From the NCBI RefSeq assembly GCF_000737315.1, contig NZ_JMCB01000003.1:1165043-1229042 (forward strand): a stretch of DNA of 64,000 bases, in the 5' to 3' direction. The notes beneath the pieces were generated by a model that was given only the letters and a program-made list of their open reading frames with translations, was not told where the DNA came from and ran no database searches. The position numbers were made by a program, and so were the translations under genes. The stretch's first letter is position 1. Each line of letters begins with the position of its first letter. This document shows, piece by piece, positions 1-9,064 of this stretch. Source of the DNA: Hyalangium minutum. Lineage in GTDB: Bacteria > Myxococcota > Myxococcia > Myxococcales > Myxococcaceae.

Positions 1-299
1 TTCTCGAAGCGCAGGGCCTCGCCCGTCAGGGCCACCTTCCCATAGAGAAGGAACCAGGACTCATCCAAGTGGGGGACCATCTCGCGGGCCGTCTTGCCCA
101 CGGCGTTCCTCAGCCCCGTGTGCTCCTCGAACGCGGCGTTCGTCTCCAGGAAGCGGTAGTCAACGGGCCGGTTCGACCGGTCAAAGAGCAGCTGCAAGAG
201 GCAGAAGCCATCATCAATGGACTCGAAGAGCGCGCGGTAGCGCTCTTCCGTGACCCGCCGCTCCTGCTTCTGCTCGACAGGCTCTGGTGGATCGCTCAC
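1..299 (-). CDS. PAS-domain sensor protein (N-terminal part only; runs off window start)
   Basis: Manual translation from GTG at 299 (overlaps TGA of the response regulator as GTGA): MSDPPEPVEQKQERRVTEERYRALFESIDDGFCLLQLLFDRSNRPVDYRFLETNAAFEEHTGLRNAVGKTAREMVPHLDESW..., a typical PAS fold; absent from the ORF track. Confidence 0.8.
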   Translation of the reverse strand, partial: MSDPPEPVEQKQERRVTEERYRALFESIDDGFCLLQLLFDRSNRPVDYRFLETNAAFEEHTGLRNAVGKTAREMVPHLDESWFLLYGKVALTGEALRFE

Positions 300-742
300 G
301 GAGTCTTCTCCTCCGGCAGCAGCACCAGGGCCAACCAGTAGGCCATCATCTTCTCCGCCGTGTGCTGCAGCGCGTCGGCGTCCCGAGGCTTGGGCACGAA
401 CGAGCTCGCCCCTTCCTGGTACATGGACTGGACGTTGCGCGGATCCGTCGCTCCCGAGAACGCAATCACGGGGATGGACTTCAGCCGCTCCTCGCGCTTG
501 ATGGCCTCGAGCACCTCATCCCCGCTCATGTCCGGCAGGTGGTAGTCGAGCAGGATGAACGCAGGCCGCGGCGCCTCCGCCTTCTCCGAGTGCTTGCCGC
601 GCAAATGCAGGTAGTCCAGCGCGCAGGCCCCCGTGGTGCACCGCTTGATCTCCAGCGGCAGCCTCAGCATCTTCACCACCCGGTGGAGCGCCTCGGCATC
701 CGCGTTGTTGTCCTCGACCAGCAAAATGGGCAGCACGTCCAT
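296..742 (-). CDS. Single-domain response regulator, Rcp1-like phytochrome partner
   Basis: ILLVEDN, ILLDYHLP (phospho-Asp) and FVPKP receiver motifs; ATG at 742 overlaps the phytochrome stop (TGATG). Confidence 0.9.
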   Translation of the reverse strand: MDVLPILLVEDNNADAEALHRVVKMLRLPLEIKRCTTGACALDYLHLRGKHSEKAEAPRPAFILLDYHLPDMSGDEVLEAIKREERLKSIPVIAFSGATDPRNVQSMYQEGASSFVPKPRDADALQHTAEKMMAYWLALVLLPEEKTP

Positions 743-3000
743 CACACACCTCCAGCACTCGGGCCCAGGGTGAAAAAGAAAGTGGTTCCCTCGCCCGGCG
801 TGGACTCCAGCCACACCTGCCCGCCGTGGCGCTCGATCACCTGCTGCACGATGGCCAGGCCCACGCCCGAGCCTCCGCCATATGCCTCTTCCGCGTGCAA
901 CCGGCGGAACATCTCGAAGACGGCCTTGTGGTGCTTGGCTGGGATGCCAATGCCGTTGTCTCTCACGTACAGCGCGAAGCCCGCCTCGGCCTTGCCCGAA
1001 GGCACCACCGAGTCCGTGAAGCCGATCTCCACCCAGCGCTCAGGCTTGTCGTTGTACTTGGCCGCGTTGGAGATCAGGTTCGCCAGCACCTCGCGGATGC
1101 GAAGCAAGTCGCAGCGCACCGTGGGCAGCCGCCGGGGAATCCGCACCTCGGTCTTCGTCTCCTCCAGGCGGCCCCGCAGGGTCGTGACGACGTCCTCCAC
1201 CAGCTCCTGCAGATCCGTCTCCTTCACCGACAACTGGATGCGGCCCATCCGCGAGTAGTGGAACAGGCCCTCGAGCAGCTCCACCATCCGCACGCCCAGC
1301 TTTTGGATGAAGGACAGGCGCTCGCGCGTCTCGGGATCCAGGCGGTCCCCGGCGTCCTCGATGATGAAGCGGGTGTAGAGCTGGATGCCACGCAGCGGCT
1401 CCTTCAGATCGTGGCTCGCGATGTACGTGAAGGCGTCCAGCTCCTCGTTGCTGCGCGCGAGCTCCGCGTTGAGCCGGGCCAGCTCCGACGCCTTGCGCAG
1501 CACGACGCCCACCATGGCGCCGCGGAACTCCTGCGCGGCCACCACCTCCTCCGATTTCCACCGGAGGGCCGTGTGGTGCACCGTCTCCTGCCACGCCGCG
1601 AAGGACTTGCGTGGACTCAGCCGCACCCCCTCCTCCACCGGCTTGTGCGGGTTCCCCGCCCACGTGATGCTCTGGAGCACCTCGGGACGGAACCAGAGCA
1701 CCCACTGCGTGGCCGGCGTGGACAGCGGCACGGCGAGCAGGCCGCTCGCCACCTCCGCGAAGGCGGCCGCGGGCGGGTAGGTGCCCGGCAGCGAGTCCGT
1801 CTGGAACAGGCTCTCCCCCGCCACCTGGCCCAGCCAGTTCACCAGCTCCTGCGTCTGCGCCTCCGAAGGCGTGCGCCCCACCGAGGCCCGTCCCTGCTCC
1901 AACCAGACCGTGGCACCGCTCGCGGACACGACGTCCAGCAGGCTCGGGGTGCCGGAGCTCAGCCCCTCCAGGAAGCGCTCCTCCCGGCTCATGCGCTGAA
2001 CGAGCTGGGCCTGGATGGCGCCATGGCGCGCCTGGGCCTCCGCGTGCGCGCGCTGGGCTCGGGCGGAGACCTCTCCCGAGAGCAGCTGCCCGATGAACTC
2101 GCACGCGGCGCGCTCCTCATAGGAGAGCCACCGGGCCGCCAGGTGGTGACAGGCGATCAGCCCCCACAGGCGCTCGCCCTGCATGATGGAGATGGACATG
2201 GAGGCGTTCACCTCCATGTTGCGCAGGTACTCCAGGTGGACCGGCGACACGCTGCGCAGGGTGGCGAAGGACAGATCGAGCGGCTTGTCCGGCACCGCCC
2301 CCCGTGCGGCGACGAGCGGCACCGCGGGCGCCCGGACGTTGGGGATGAGGCGCAGCCAGTTCTGCTCGTACAGCCGGCGCGCCTGGGCAGGAATATCCGA
2401 GGCCGGGAAGTGCAGCCCGAGGAAGCTGTCGACGCCCTCGCGCACGGCCTCGCCGATGACTTCCCCGTGCCAGTCCGCGTCGAAGCGGTAGACCATCACC
2501 CGATCGAAGCCCGTGACGCACCGGATCTCCTCGGCCGCGGCCCCGCAGAGCTGCTCCAAGGTGGCGGCGTTCAAGAAGCGCGTCATGGACATCCGCACCT
2601 GAGCGAAGAGATCCAGCGCCCCCACGCCCCCCTCCGCGTCTCGCGCCTCCACCTCGAGGATGACGACCGCCTCCTGGCGGTGCAGGAGCGCATTGACCGG
2701 CCGCGCCTGGGCGCCCTCTCCCAGCGTCAGCCGCACGGGGTTGGCGGTGCGCAGCTCGACTTGGCCCAGCGCGGCCTGGACACGGGCCCAGGCCTCTCCC
2801 GGCAGCACAGCGGACAGCGGCCTCCCCAGCACCTGCACCGCCTCCTGGCCAAACCACTCGGCCGTGTTGGCGCTGGCCTGAACCACCGTGAAGTCCGGTC
2901 CTCGCAACGCCAGCAGCGCCCCGTGGGCCTGGATGGTGCCTGGAAGATGGATGGGCTCCCGATCACACGCGCTGAGATCGACGGAGGCAGAGACGTTCAT
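742..3000 (-). CDS. bphP: Bacteriophytochrome histidine kinase (PAS-GAF-PHY-HisKA-HATPase)
   Basis: DLSACDREPIH (N-terminal biliverdin-binding Cys), HFPASDIP, PVHLEYL, WGLIACHH, PRKSF tongue, ASHDLKEPLR H-box, N/G1/G2 boxes; ATG at 3000 overlaps the upstream TGA. Confidence 0.95.
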   Translation of the reverse strand: MNVSASVDLSACDREPIHLPGTIQAHGALLALRGPDFTVVQASANTAEWFGQEAVQVLGRPLSAVLPGEAWARVQAALGQVELRTANPVRLTLGEGAQARPVNALLHRQEAVVILEVEARDAEGGVGALDLFAQVRMSMTRFLNAATLEQLCGAAAEEIRCVTGFDRVMVYRFDADWHGEVIGEAVREGVDSFLGLHFPASDIPAQARRLYEQNWLRLIPNVRAPAVPLVAARGAVPDKPLDLSFATLRSVSPVHLEYLRNMEVNASMSISIMQGERLWGLIACHHLAARWLSYEERAACEFIGQLLSGEVSARAQRAHAEAQARHGAIQAQLVQRMSREERFLEGLSSGTPSLLDVVSASGATVWLEQGRASVGRTPSEAQTQELVNWLGQVAGESLFQTDSLPGTYPPAAAFAEVASGLLAVPLSTPATQWVLWFRPEVLQSITWAGNPHKPVEEGVRLSPRKSFAAWQETVHHTALRWKSEEVVAAQEFRGAMVGVVLRKASELARLNAELARSNEELDAFTYIASHDLKEPLRGIQLYTRFIIEDAGDRLDPETRERLSFIQKLGVRMVELLEGLFHYSRMGRIQLSVKETDLQELVEDVVTTLRGRLEETKTEVRIPRRLPTVRCDLLRIREVLANLISNAAKYNDKPERWVEIGFTDSVVPSGKAEAGFALYVRDNGIGIPAKHHKAVFEMFRRLHAEEAYGGGSGVGLAIVQQVIERHGGQVWLESTPGEGTTFFFTLGPSAGGV

Positions 3001-4484
3001 GGAGACCCCTCGGCAGCAGCCAGGCTCGCGCAAGGCGGAGCGTGCCGCGGCAAGCGCACCTCGAACCGGGTGCCCTCTTCCTCGGTGGAGGACACCTCGA
3101 TGTGGCCGCCGTGGGCACGAACAATCTCGTGCACGATGTAGAGGCCCAGACCCAGGCCTTGCGAGAGCCCGCGATCCCGGTGCCCCTCACCCCGGCGAAA
3201 TGGATCAAAGAGATGGGGCAGTAAGTCCCCGGGGATGGGAGGACCGTCGTTGTGAACCGTGAGGAACACTCCGTCCGGCGTGCCCCGGAGCCATACCTCG
3301 ACGGGACCACCGGGCGTCCCGTACTTGAGCGCATTGCCCATCAGGTTCTGCACCACCTGGGTGAGCCGGCCGGGATCCCACGCCCCGTAGCCATCCCCGT
3401 CCATGCGCACCCGGACGCGCCCGCCTCCGTGGTGAACCAGTTCCACCTCTTCGCTCACCTCTCGCACGAGCGCAAAGAGATCGAAGTGCTGGCACTGCAC
3501 CGGAATGCCCCCACCGAGCCGGCTGCGGGTCAGATCGAGCAGGTCTCGGATGAGGCGCTCCATCCGCTCGGCCGCCACCGTGATGCGCGTGGCTCCTCGG
3601 CTCACCGCCTCGGGCTGCTGAGTCCGGTGCAGCACCCGGGCCTGCAGGAGAATCGCCTGCAGCGGCCCTCGCAGATCGTGCCCCACCACCCCCAAGAGGC
3701 GCTCTCGGAACTCCTCCGTCCGCCGCCGCTCCGTGGCGTCCCGCACCACCAGCGCGTAGCCCCGCAGGCCCCCCTCCTCATGGTGCAGGGCGCTCATCGT
3801 CATGTCCGCCCAGAAACGGCTGCCGTCCTTGCGCTGACACCAGCGCTCGCCGGTGAAGTGCCCCTTCTGAGCCGCCTCGGCCAGCTCTCCCCGGGGATGC
3901 TCCTCCTCCTCGGGGGCGAGCAGCAGGCGGAAAGGCTGCCCCAGCGCCTCGGGCTCGCTGTAGCCCGTGACGGCCTGCGCCCCCGCATTCCACGAGGAGA
4001 TGCGCCTCTCCGCGTCCACGAAGAAGATGGCATGACCCTTCACGCCCTCGATGACGAGCCGGAGCGTCTCCCGTGACTCCAGCAGGGCGCGGCGCTGGCG
4101 CCCTCGCTCCAGGGCGAAGCGGACGGTGCGCGGCAGTTGCTCGTACGCATCGAGCGTCTTGGGCAGGTACTCCTCGAGCCCCTCGGGCACCGCCTCCAGG
4201 ACCGTCTCCTCGCGGGTGGTTCCCGTCAGCATGATGACGGGGATGCCCGGGAGCCGCAGGTGAATCCTGCGCAGCAGCTCGAGGCCATCCGCCCAGGGCA
4301 GGTTGTAGTCCAAGAGGGCCAGATCGAACCCGCCCTCATCGAGCGCCCGCTCCCACTCCTCCGCCGTCGCCACCTCGAGGATCACCACGCCCTGGAAAGC
4401 ACGCCGCAGGGTGCGCGCCGCCATGAGTCGGTCCGCCGCGCTGTCGTCGACCACGAGGACACGCAAGGGAGTCGGAGCGCTCAA
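2997..4484 (-). CDS. Hybrid sensor kinase (REC-PAS-HisKA-HATPase)
   Basis: RVLVVDD and LLDYNLP receiver, PAS (ISSWNAGAQAVTGYS), VVGHDLRGPL H-box; probable TTG start at 4484 with GGAGG RBS, overlapping the upstream TGA (ORF-track start at 4886 is over-extended). Confidence 0.9.
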   Translation of the reverse strand: MSAPTPLRVLVVDDSAADRLMAARTLRRAFQGVVILEVATAEEWERALDEGGFDLALLDYNLPWADGLELLRRIHLRLPGIPVIMLTGTTREETVLEAVPEGLEEYLPKTLDAYEQLPRTVRFALERGRQRRALLESRETLRLVIEGVKGHAIFFVDAERRISSWNAGAQAVTGYSEPEALGQPFRLLLAPEEEEHPRGELAEAAQKGHFTGERWCQRKDGSRFWADMTMSALHHEEGGLRGYALVVRDATERRRTEEFRERLLGVVGHDLRGPLQAILLQARVLHRTQQPEAVSRGATRITVAAERMERLIRDLLDLTRSRLGGGIPVQCQHFDLFALVREVSEEVELVHHGGGRVRVRMDGDGYGAWDPGRLTQVVQNLMGNALKYGTPGGPVEVWLRGTPDGVFLTVHNDGPPIPGDLLPHLFDPFRRGEGHRDRGLSQGLGLGLYIVHEIVRAHGGHIEVSSTEEEGTRFEVRLPRHAPPCASLAAAEGSP

Positions 4485-6073
4485 CGCGAACCTCCCTCGG
4501 GAGAGCCCGCCGGCGCCTCGCGCGGCAGTTCGACGATGAAGGTGGCCCCATGCTCTGGCTGGCTCTCCACCGAGATGCGGCCGCCCAGAGCCTCCACCAC
4601 CTGACGGGTGATGAAGAGGCCCAGGCCCATGCCGCCGTAGTGCCGTTCGGACACGCCCCGCTCGAACTTCTCGAAGACGCGCGGGAGGAACGTCGGTTCG
4701 ATGCCAATCCCCTTGTCCCGCACCACCAGCCGCGCCCCCTCCTGAGTCTCCTCCACCCGCAGAGAGACCGTCCGGCCCGCACCGAACTTGAGTGCGTTGG
4801 ACAGGAGGTTCGTCACCACCTGCTCCAGCCGCAGCACATCCCACCGGCCCACGACGCGCGCTGGGGCGTCGATCTCCATCGGGCAACCCGCCGCGAGCGC
4901 CTGCGCCTCGAAGCCCAAGGCCACATCCCTCACCACCGCCGCCAGGTTGACGTCCCGCTCATGCCGCAGCGGCAGGCGGCCGCTGGAGATGCGGGTGGTA
5001 TCCAGCAGGCTGTCCACGAGGGCCGCGAGGCGCCGCAGCTGGCCGTCCGCCGCATCCAGGTGCCGCTTCAACCGCTCCGCCGTCTCCGGTGTCAGTGCCC
5101 CCTTCAGCTCCTTGCGAATGAGCTGCTGGCGCAAGGCCAGCGGCGTGAGCGGCGTCTTGAGCTCGTGCGCGGCCACCGAGAGGAACTCCTCGCGCAGGCG
5201 GACCGCCTCGCGCAGCTCCGCCTCGGTGCGCTTGAGCGCGGACATGTCGATGCTGGCGCCCACCCACTCGCGCACCCTCCCGTCCGGCTCGAAGAGCGGC
5301 ATCCCCCGGACGCTGAAGGGCACGTACACCCCATCCTTGCGCCGCAGCCGGTACTCCGCGCGGTACGCCGTGCGCTGGGCAATGGCCTGCTCCCAGATCG
5401 CCAGGCTGCGCTCCCGATCCTCGGGGTGAATGGCGTCCATCCACCCAAAGCCATGGTGCTCGGCCTCGCTCTGGCCGGTGAACTCGCGCCACGCGGGCGA
5501 GTCCTCGGTGGCCCGGCCCTGGGCATCCTTCGTCCACACCAGCGTGGCCGTGGCCTCCACCAGCGAGCGGTAACGATCCGCCTGCCGCCGCTCCGCCTCC
5601 AACGCCTCGCGCGCCCGCAGCTCCAGCGCCTGCTTCTCGCGCCGCAGGCTGTCCAGCTCGCGGTGCATGAGCACGAGCGTGCTCACCTTGGCGCGCAGGG
5701 CCTCCGGCTCCAGGGGCTTGTGCAGGTAGTCCACCGCGCCACTCGCGTACGCGCGGACGACGGGCGCCTCCTCCCGAGTTGCGCCCGTGAGGAAGATGAT
5801 GGGAATGCGCCGCTCCGGCTCGCGCTCCTGGATGAGGTGCGCCGTCTCGAAGCCATCCAGCCCTGGCAGCCGCACATCCATGAGGATGACGGCAAACTCC
5901 GTCTCCTTCAGGTGAGAGAGCGCCTCCTCGCCCGAGGAGACCTTCGTCAGGCGCTGTCCCAGCGGCACCAGCGCCCGCTCCAGCGCCAGCATGTCCGCCA
6001 CCTGATCTTCCACCAGGAGGAGGTCGACGGGCCGTACAGCGTCCGGCGCAGCTTGGATGGACAATTGGCTCAT
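4481..6073 (-). CDS. Hybrid sensor kinase (REC-coiled coil-PAS-HisKA-HATPase)
   Basis: LLLVED/ILMDV receiver, PAS (GFGWMDAIHPEDR), AAHELKTPL H-box, GMGLGL G2 box. Confidence 0.92.
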   Translation of the reverse strand: MSQLSIQAAPDAVRPVDLLLVEDQVADMLALERALVPLGQRLTKVSSGEEALSHLKETEFAVILMDVRLPGLDGFETAHLIQEREPERRIPIIFLTGATREEAPVVRAYASGAVDYLHKPLEPEALRAKVSTLVLMHRELDSLRREKQALELRAREALEAERRQADRYRSLVEATATLVWTKDAQGRATEDSPAWREFTGQSEAEHHGFGWMDAIHPEDRERSLAIWEQAIAQRTAYRAEYRLRRKDGVYVPFSVRGMPLFEPDGRVREWVGASIDMSALKRTEAELREAVRLREEFLSVAAHELKTPLTPLALRQQLIRKELKGALTPETAERLKRHLDAADGQLRRLAALVDSLLDTTRISSGRLPLRHERDVNLAAVVRDVALGFEAQALAAGCPMEIDAPARVVGRWDVLRLEQVVTNLLSNALKFGAGRTVSLRVEETQEGARLVVRDKGIGIEPTFLPRVFEKFERGVSERHYGGMGLGLFITRQVVEALGGRISVESQPEHGATFIVELPREAPAGSPEGGSR

Positions 6074-6340
6074 GGGCTACCCTTCTCCTCGGGCATCCGC
6101 ACGGACTCCGACACAACGGACACCTTGGGCATGGCCACTTCCTAGAACGCCTCCGGGTCCAGGGACTTTGTTCGTTTTCATGAGCTATCGAGGAGACAAC
6201 GGTTCGCACGGCTGCCCGGTGTGGAGCACAGGCCACAGAGAGGGGGGGGAAGATGTGCCCTGAACTCGCCTGGAGCAATGCCTGAGGCGCTGGGCACGAG
6301 CCGGGTCTGGTAGGGTACCTACCTGGGAGGTCACCCGTTC

Positions 6341-7198
6341 TTGCTCTTACCTATTACCTTGGCCCTGGTGCCCTTCCTGCTCGGGGCACCCCTGGCGCAA
6401 GCCCCAGCGGCCCCGGCCCGTGAAGCGCGTCGGCGCTCTGTCTCCTGGGCCGGCCAGCCCCTGGAGGTCCGCATTGCCACAGGGGTCCGCACGGTCCTGG
6501 TCTTCGCCGCTCCTGTCCAAGGAAAGGCCGTGGAGGTGGACCGGACGCGGATCCAGGTGGTGGATACAGGCGAGCGGTCAATCATCCTCGAACCCTTGAG
6601 CGAACCCCGCCCGGGTGAACGCTGGACGTTGCGCGTCCCCTGGGCGGAGGGCAGGACACCCGAGGCGGCCGAGTTCGCGCTGGTGGCGCACCCTTCCGAA
6701 GTGGACACGGAGCTCGACATTGCCCGGCTCCAGGTCCCAGCCCCCGCCTGTCCGGCGCAGGCCGAGTGCGCGCCGTGCTCCGCCCCGAGTGCAGCGGACG
6801 CCATCGCTTCCGGCCTCATCGACAAGGACGGCGTGCAAACCCTGGCTTTTAGACCCTTCAAGGAAGCTGCGTCCGGCTTCGAGTCGACTGCGGGGGTGTC
6901 CTATCGCGCGAGCACCTGGGTGCTGGTGGATGTGGAGATCATCCGCCCCCCTCGGCACCTGGCATGGAGCCCTGTCGGCGCGACCCTGACGAGCAAGACC
7001 GGAGAGGTGCGAGTGCGCGCCATCAAAATAGAGCCAAACAAAACCTCACCAGAACGCGTCCGGCTGTTCGCGGAGGCGGAGGTGCCACCGCCCAGCGCGG
7101 GGCTCAAATTCACTTTGCACCTGAACGGTCCGGCGGGAGCACCTTCTTTCTCGATTCCGAGCGTGCAACTGCCACCCGCCAAGGAGGTCCAGCCATGA
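6341..7198 (+). CDS. DUF2381-family secreted protein (myxobacterial paralogous family usually next to Ser/Thr kinases)
   Basis: Signal peptide, LEVRIATGVRTVLVF, ALVAHPSEVDTELDI motifs; GGAGG RBS; stop overlaps the kinase start (ATGA). Confidence 0.72.
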   Translation: MLLPITLALVPFLLGAPLAQAPAAPAREARRRSVSWAGQPLEVRIATGVRTVLVFAAPVQGKAVEVDRTRIQVVDTGERSIILEPLSEPRPGERWTLRVPWAEGRTPEAAEFALVAHPSEVDTELDIARLQVPAPACPAQAECAPCSAPSAADAIASGLIDKDGVQTLAFRPFKEAASGFESTAGVSYRASTWVLVDVEIIRPPRHLAWSPVGATLTSKTGEVRVRAIKIEPNKTSPERVRLFAEAEVPPPSAGLKFTLHLNGPAGAPSFSIPSVQLPPAKEVQP

Positions 7199-9054
7199 TC
7201 GGAGCGATGGAACTTCAGCCCGGCACACGTGTAGACGGTTGGCAGATCATCCGAGCCCTGCGCACGGGCGGCTTTGGTGCCGTCCACCATGCCGAGCAAC
7301 ACGGGAAAGCCTGTGCGCTCAAGGTCGCGCTCCACCGGGAGCAGAGCGGCGACACGGGCAAGACCCACGCGCGCGCTCTGCGCGAGGTGGCGCTGCTGCT
7401 GACGCTGGATCATCCCCACATCATCAAGCCTCGCGGCTACGGGTACCTGCCGGATGGCCGCGCGTTCTGCGTGCTGGAGTATGTGGACGGCTGGACGCTG
7501 GGAGACTGGCTGGAGCGCACGCACCCCACGTTTCGCGAGCTTGCGAGCGTGTTCGCCCAGTTGGCCGGAGCCGTAGAGTACATGCACGCGCGGGGTGTGC
7601 TTCACCGGGACTTGAAGCTGTCCAACGTGATGATCCGCAGAACCGGCGAGCCGGTGCTCATCGACCTGGGCTGCGCGACCTCCCCGAATGCCGACGAGCT
7701 GACGGCCACTCCCTTGCCTCCGGGAACCGAGCGCTACCGCTCGCCCGAGGCGCACGCGTTCCTCTCCAAGCAGGGCCGCAAGCCTGGAGCGCGCTATCCG
7801 TTCAAAGTGGCGGATGAGCTCTTCGCCGTGGGCGTCATGCTCTACGAGCTGCTCACGGAGCCGCTCCCGACGAAGGCGAAAGCCCACGCCGGTCTCGCGG
7901 ATCCCGTGGGCCTTCCCGCGTCGCGAACGGTGAACCCGCGTGTCCCCCCGGCCTTGAGTGCGCTCGTGGAGGACTTGCTGGCGCGCAACCCGGCGCTCAG
8001 ACCCGAGAGCTTCGAGGCGCTCCAGCGCAGGTTGGCGGAGCTGGCCCACCATCCCGGTCCGGAATACGCGGCGGAGGTGCACTTGCCCTCTGCGCAGCGC
8101 CAGCCCTCACCCGTTGACGCCGTGCAGGCGGTGGGGCTCGCGGCTTCGGAGAGACAGGGCTGGCGCAAAGTGCTGGCCCTGGCTGACCAGCAGGCAGCCC
8201 GCCTCCGCTCCTGGCTCCAGCCGCATGGGCTCTCCGGCTTGGAGGCTGCCTCTCGCCCGCATGGGCGCAAGCCTCTGGCGCTCGTGGGAGCCGTCGTGAT
8301 GGCTGTAGTGGCAGCCACATGGCTCACCCAGGGCGAGCGCCCTCCACCCGCACCCGCGCGGAGAGAGGCCACCGCTCCCACCATCCCGGCTGCTCCGGCG
8401 CTTCCTCCTGAGGATACCCTGCCTGTGTCTGCTCCCGCTCTCACAGCCGCACCGAAGGAAGGATCCACCGTGAAGCCCCAGCCGTCCGATGATCTCCCGT
8501 CCTCCCGTACCGCACGCGCCCCGAAGTCAGCCCCCGCCCCGGGCTCCCCCGGCTTCGCGGCCTGGTGCAAGACCCTCCCTTTGGCAATGGCTCTCTCGCA
8601 CGGGTGCGCCTCGGTTCCCTTCAAGGCCGAGCTCCTCGAGTGTCCCCCCGGGTCAATTCAAGCCATGAAGAAGCTGGGCTGGGATTTGGGGCGCGATAGG
8701 TTCATTGTCAGACTCGACGAGAGAGGCCCGGACCGTGGCGCGTTCACGTTCACGCTGGGCGCCCCGATCATCGGCGTCGTGCCGGACAGCGCGCCCGGCC
8801 AGGTGAAGGCACCACCTGGCACCCTGTTTTACGGGCGGGCCTACATCAACGACGAGGGGAGGGAGGACTCCCCCCTCGGAATCCTCCGCATCGTCTACGA
8901 CCACGTCGAGTTCCCGGGCCAGAGAAAGTACCCGGTGTGTGCTGTCTCGGGCCTCAACCCGATAGAGGCATTGAAGGACGGCACAGCGACCGCGTTCGCC
9001 AACTCGACAGTCATGCCCCTCGAAAGATGGAACCCGCAGGCAATGCGACAATAG
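7195..9054 (+). CDS. Hanks-type Ser/Thr protein kinase with TM segment and C-terminal extracytoplasmic domain
   Basis: TGGFGAV loop, ALK, HRDLKLSN, IDLG, GTERY; TM ALVGAVVMAVVAATW; AGGAGG RBS before ATG 7195. Confidence 0.9.
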   Translation: MIGAMELQPGTRVDGWQIIRALRTGGFGAVHHAEQHGKACALKVALHREQSGDTGKTHARALREVALLLTLDHPHIIKPRGYGYLPDGRAFCVLEYVDGWTLGDWLERTHPTFRELASVFAQLAGAVEYMHARGVLHRDLKLSNVMIRRTGEPVLIDLGCATSPNADELTATPLPPGTERYRSPEAHAFLSKQGRKPGARYPFKVADELFAVGVMLYELLTEPLPTKAKAHAGLADPVGLPASRTVNPRVPPALSALVEDLLARNPALRPESFEALQRRLAELAHHPGPEYAAEVHLPSAQRQPSPVDAVQAVGLAASERQGWRKVLALADQQAARLRSWLQPHGLSGLEAASRPHGRKPLALVGAVVMAVVAATWLTQGERPPPAPARREATAPTIPAAPALPPEDTLPVSAPALTAAPKEGSTVKPQPSDDLPSSRTARAPKSAPAPGSPGFAAWCKTLPLAMALSHGCASVPFKAELLECPPGSIQAMKKLGWDLGRDRFIVRLDERGPDRGAFTFTLGAPIIGVVPDSAPGQVKAPPGTLFYGRAYINDEGREDSPLGILRIVYDHVEFPGQRKYPVCAVSGLNPIEALKDGTATAFANSTVMPLERWNPQAMRQ

Positions 9055-9064
9055 GAGCGTCCCC

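Noticed and set aside
4485-4886. Extended N-terminus of the 2997-4886 ORF (similarly 23033-25030, 21076-23022, 62429-63106, 6964-9054)
   Set aside because: Extensions overlap upstream genes and are low-complexity; better starts with RBS or coupling exist
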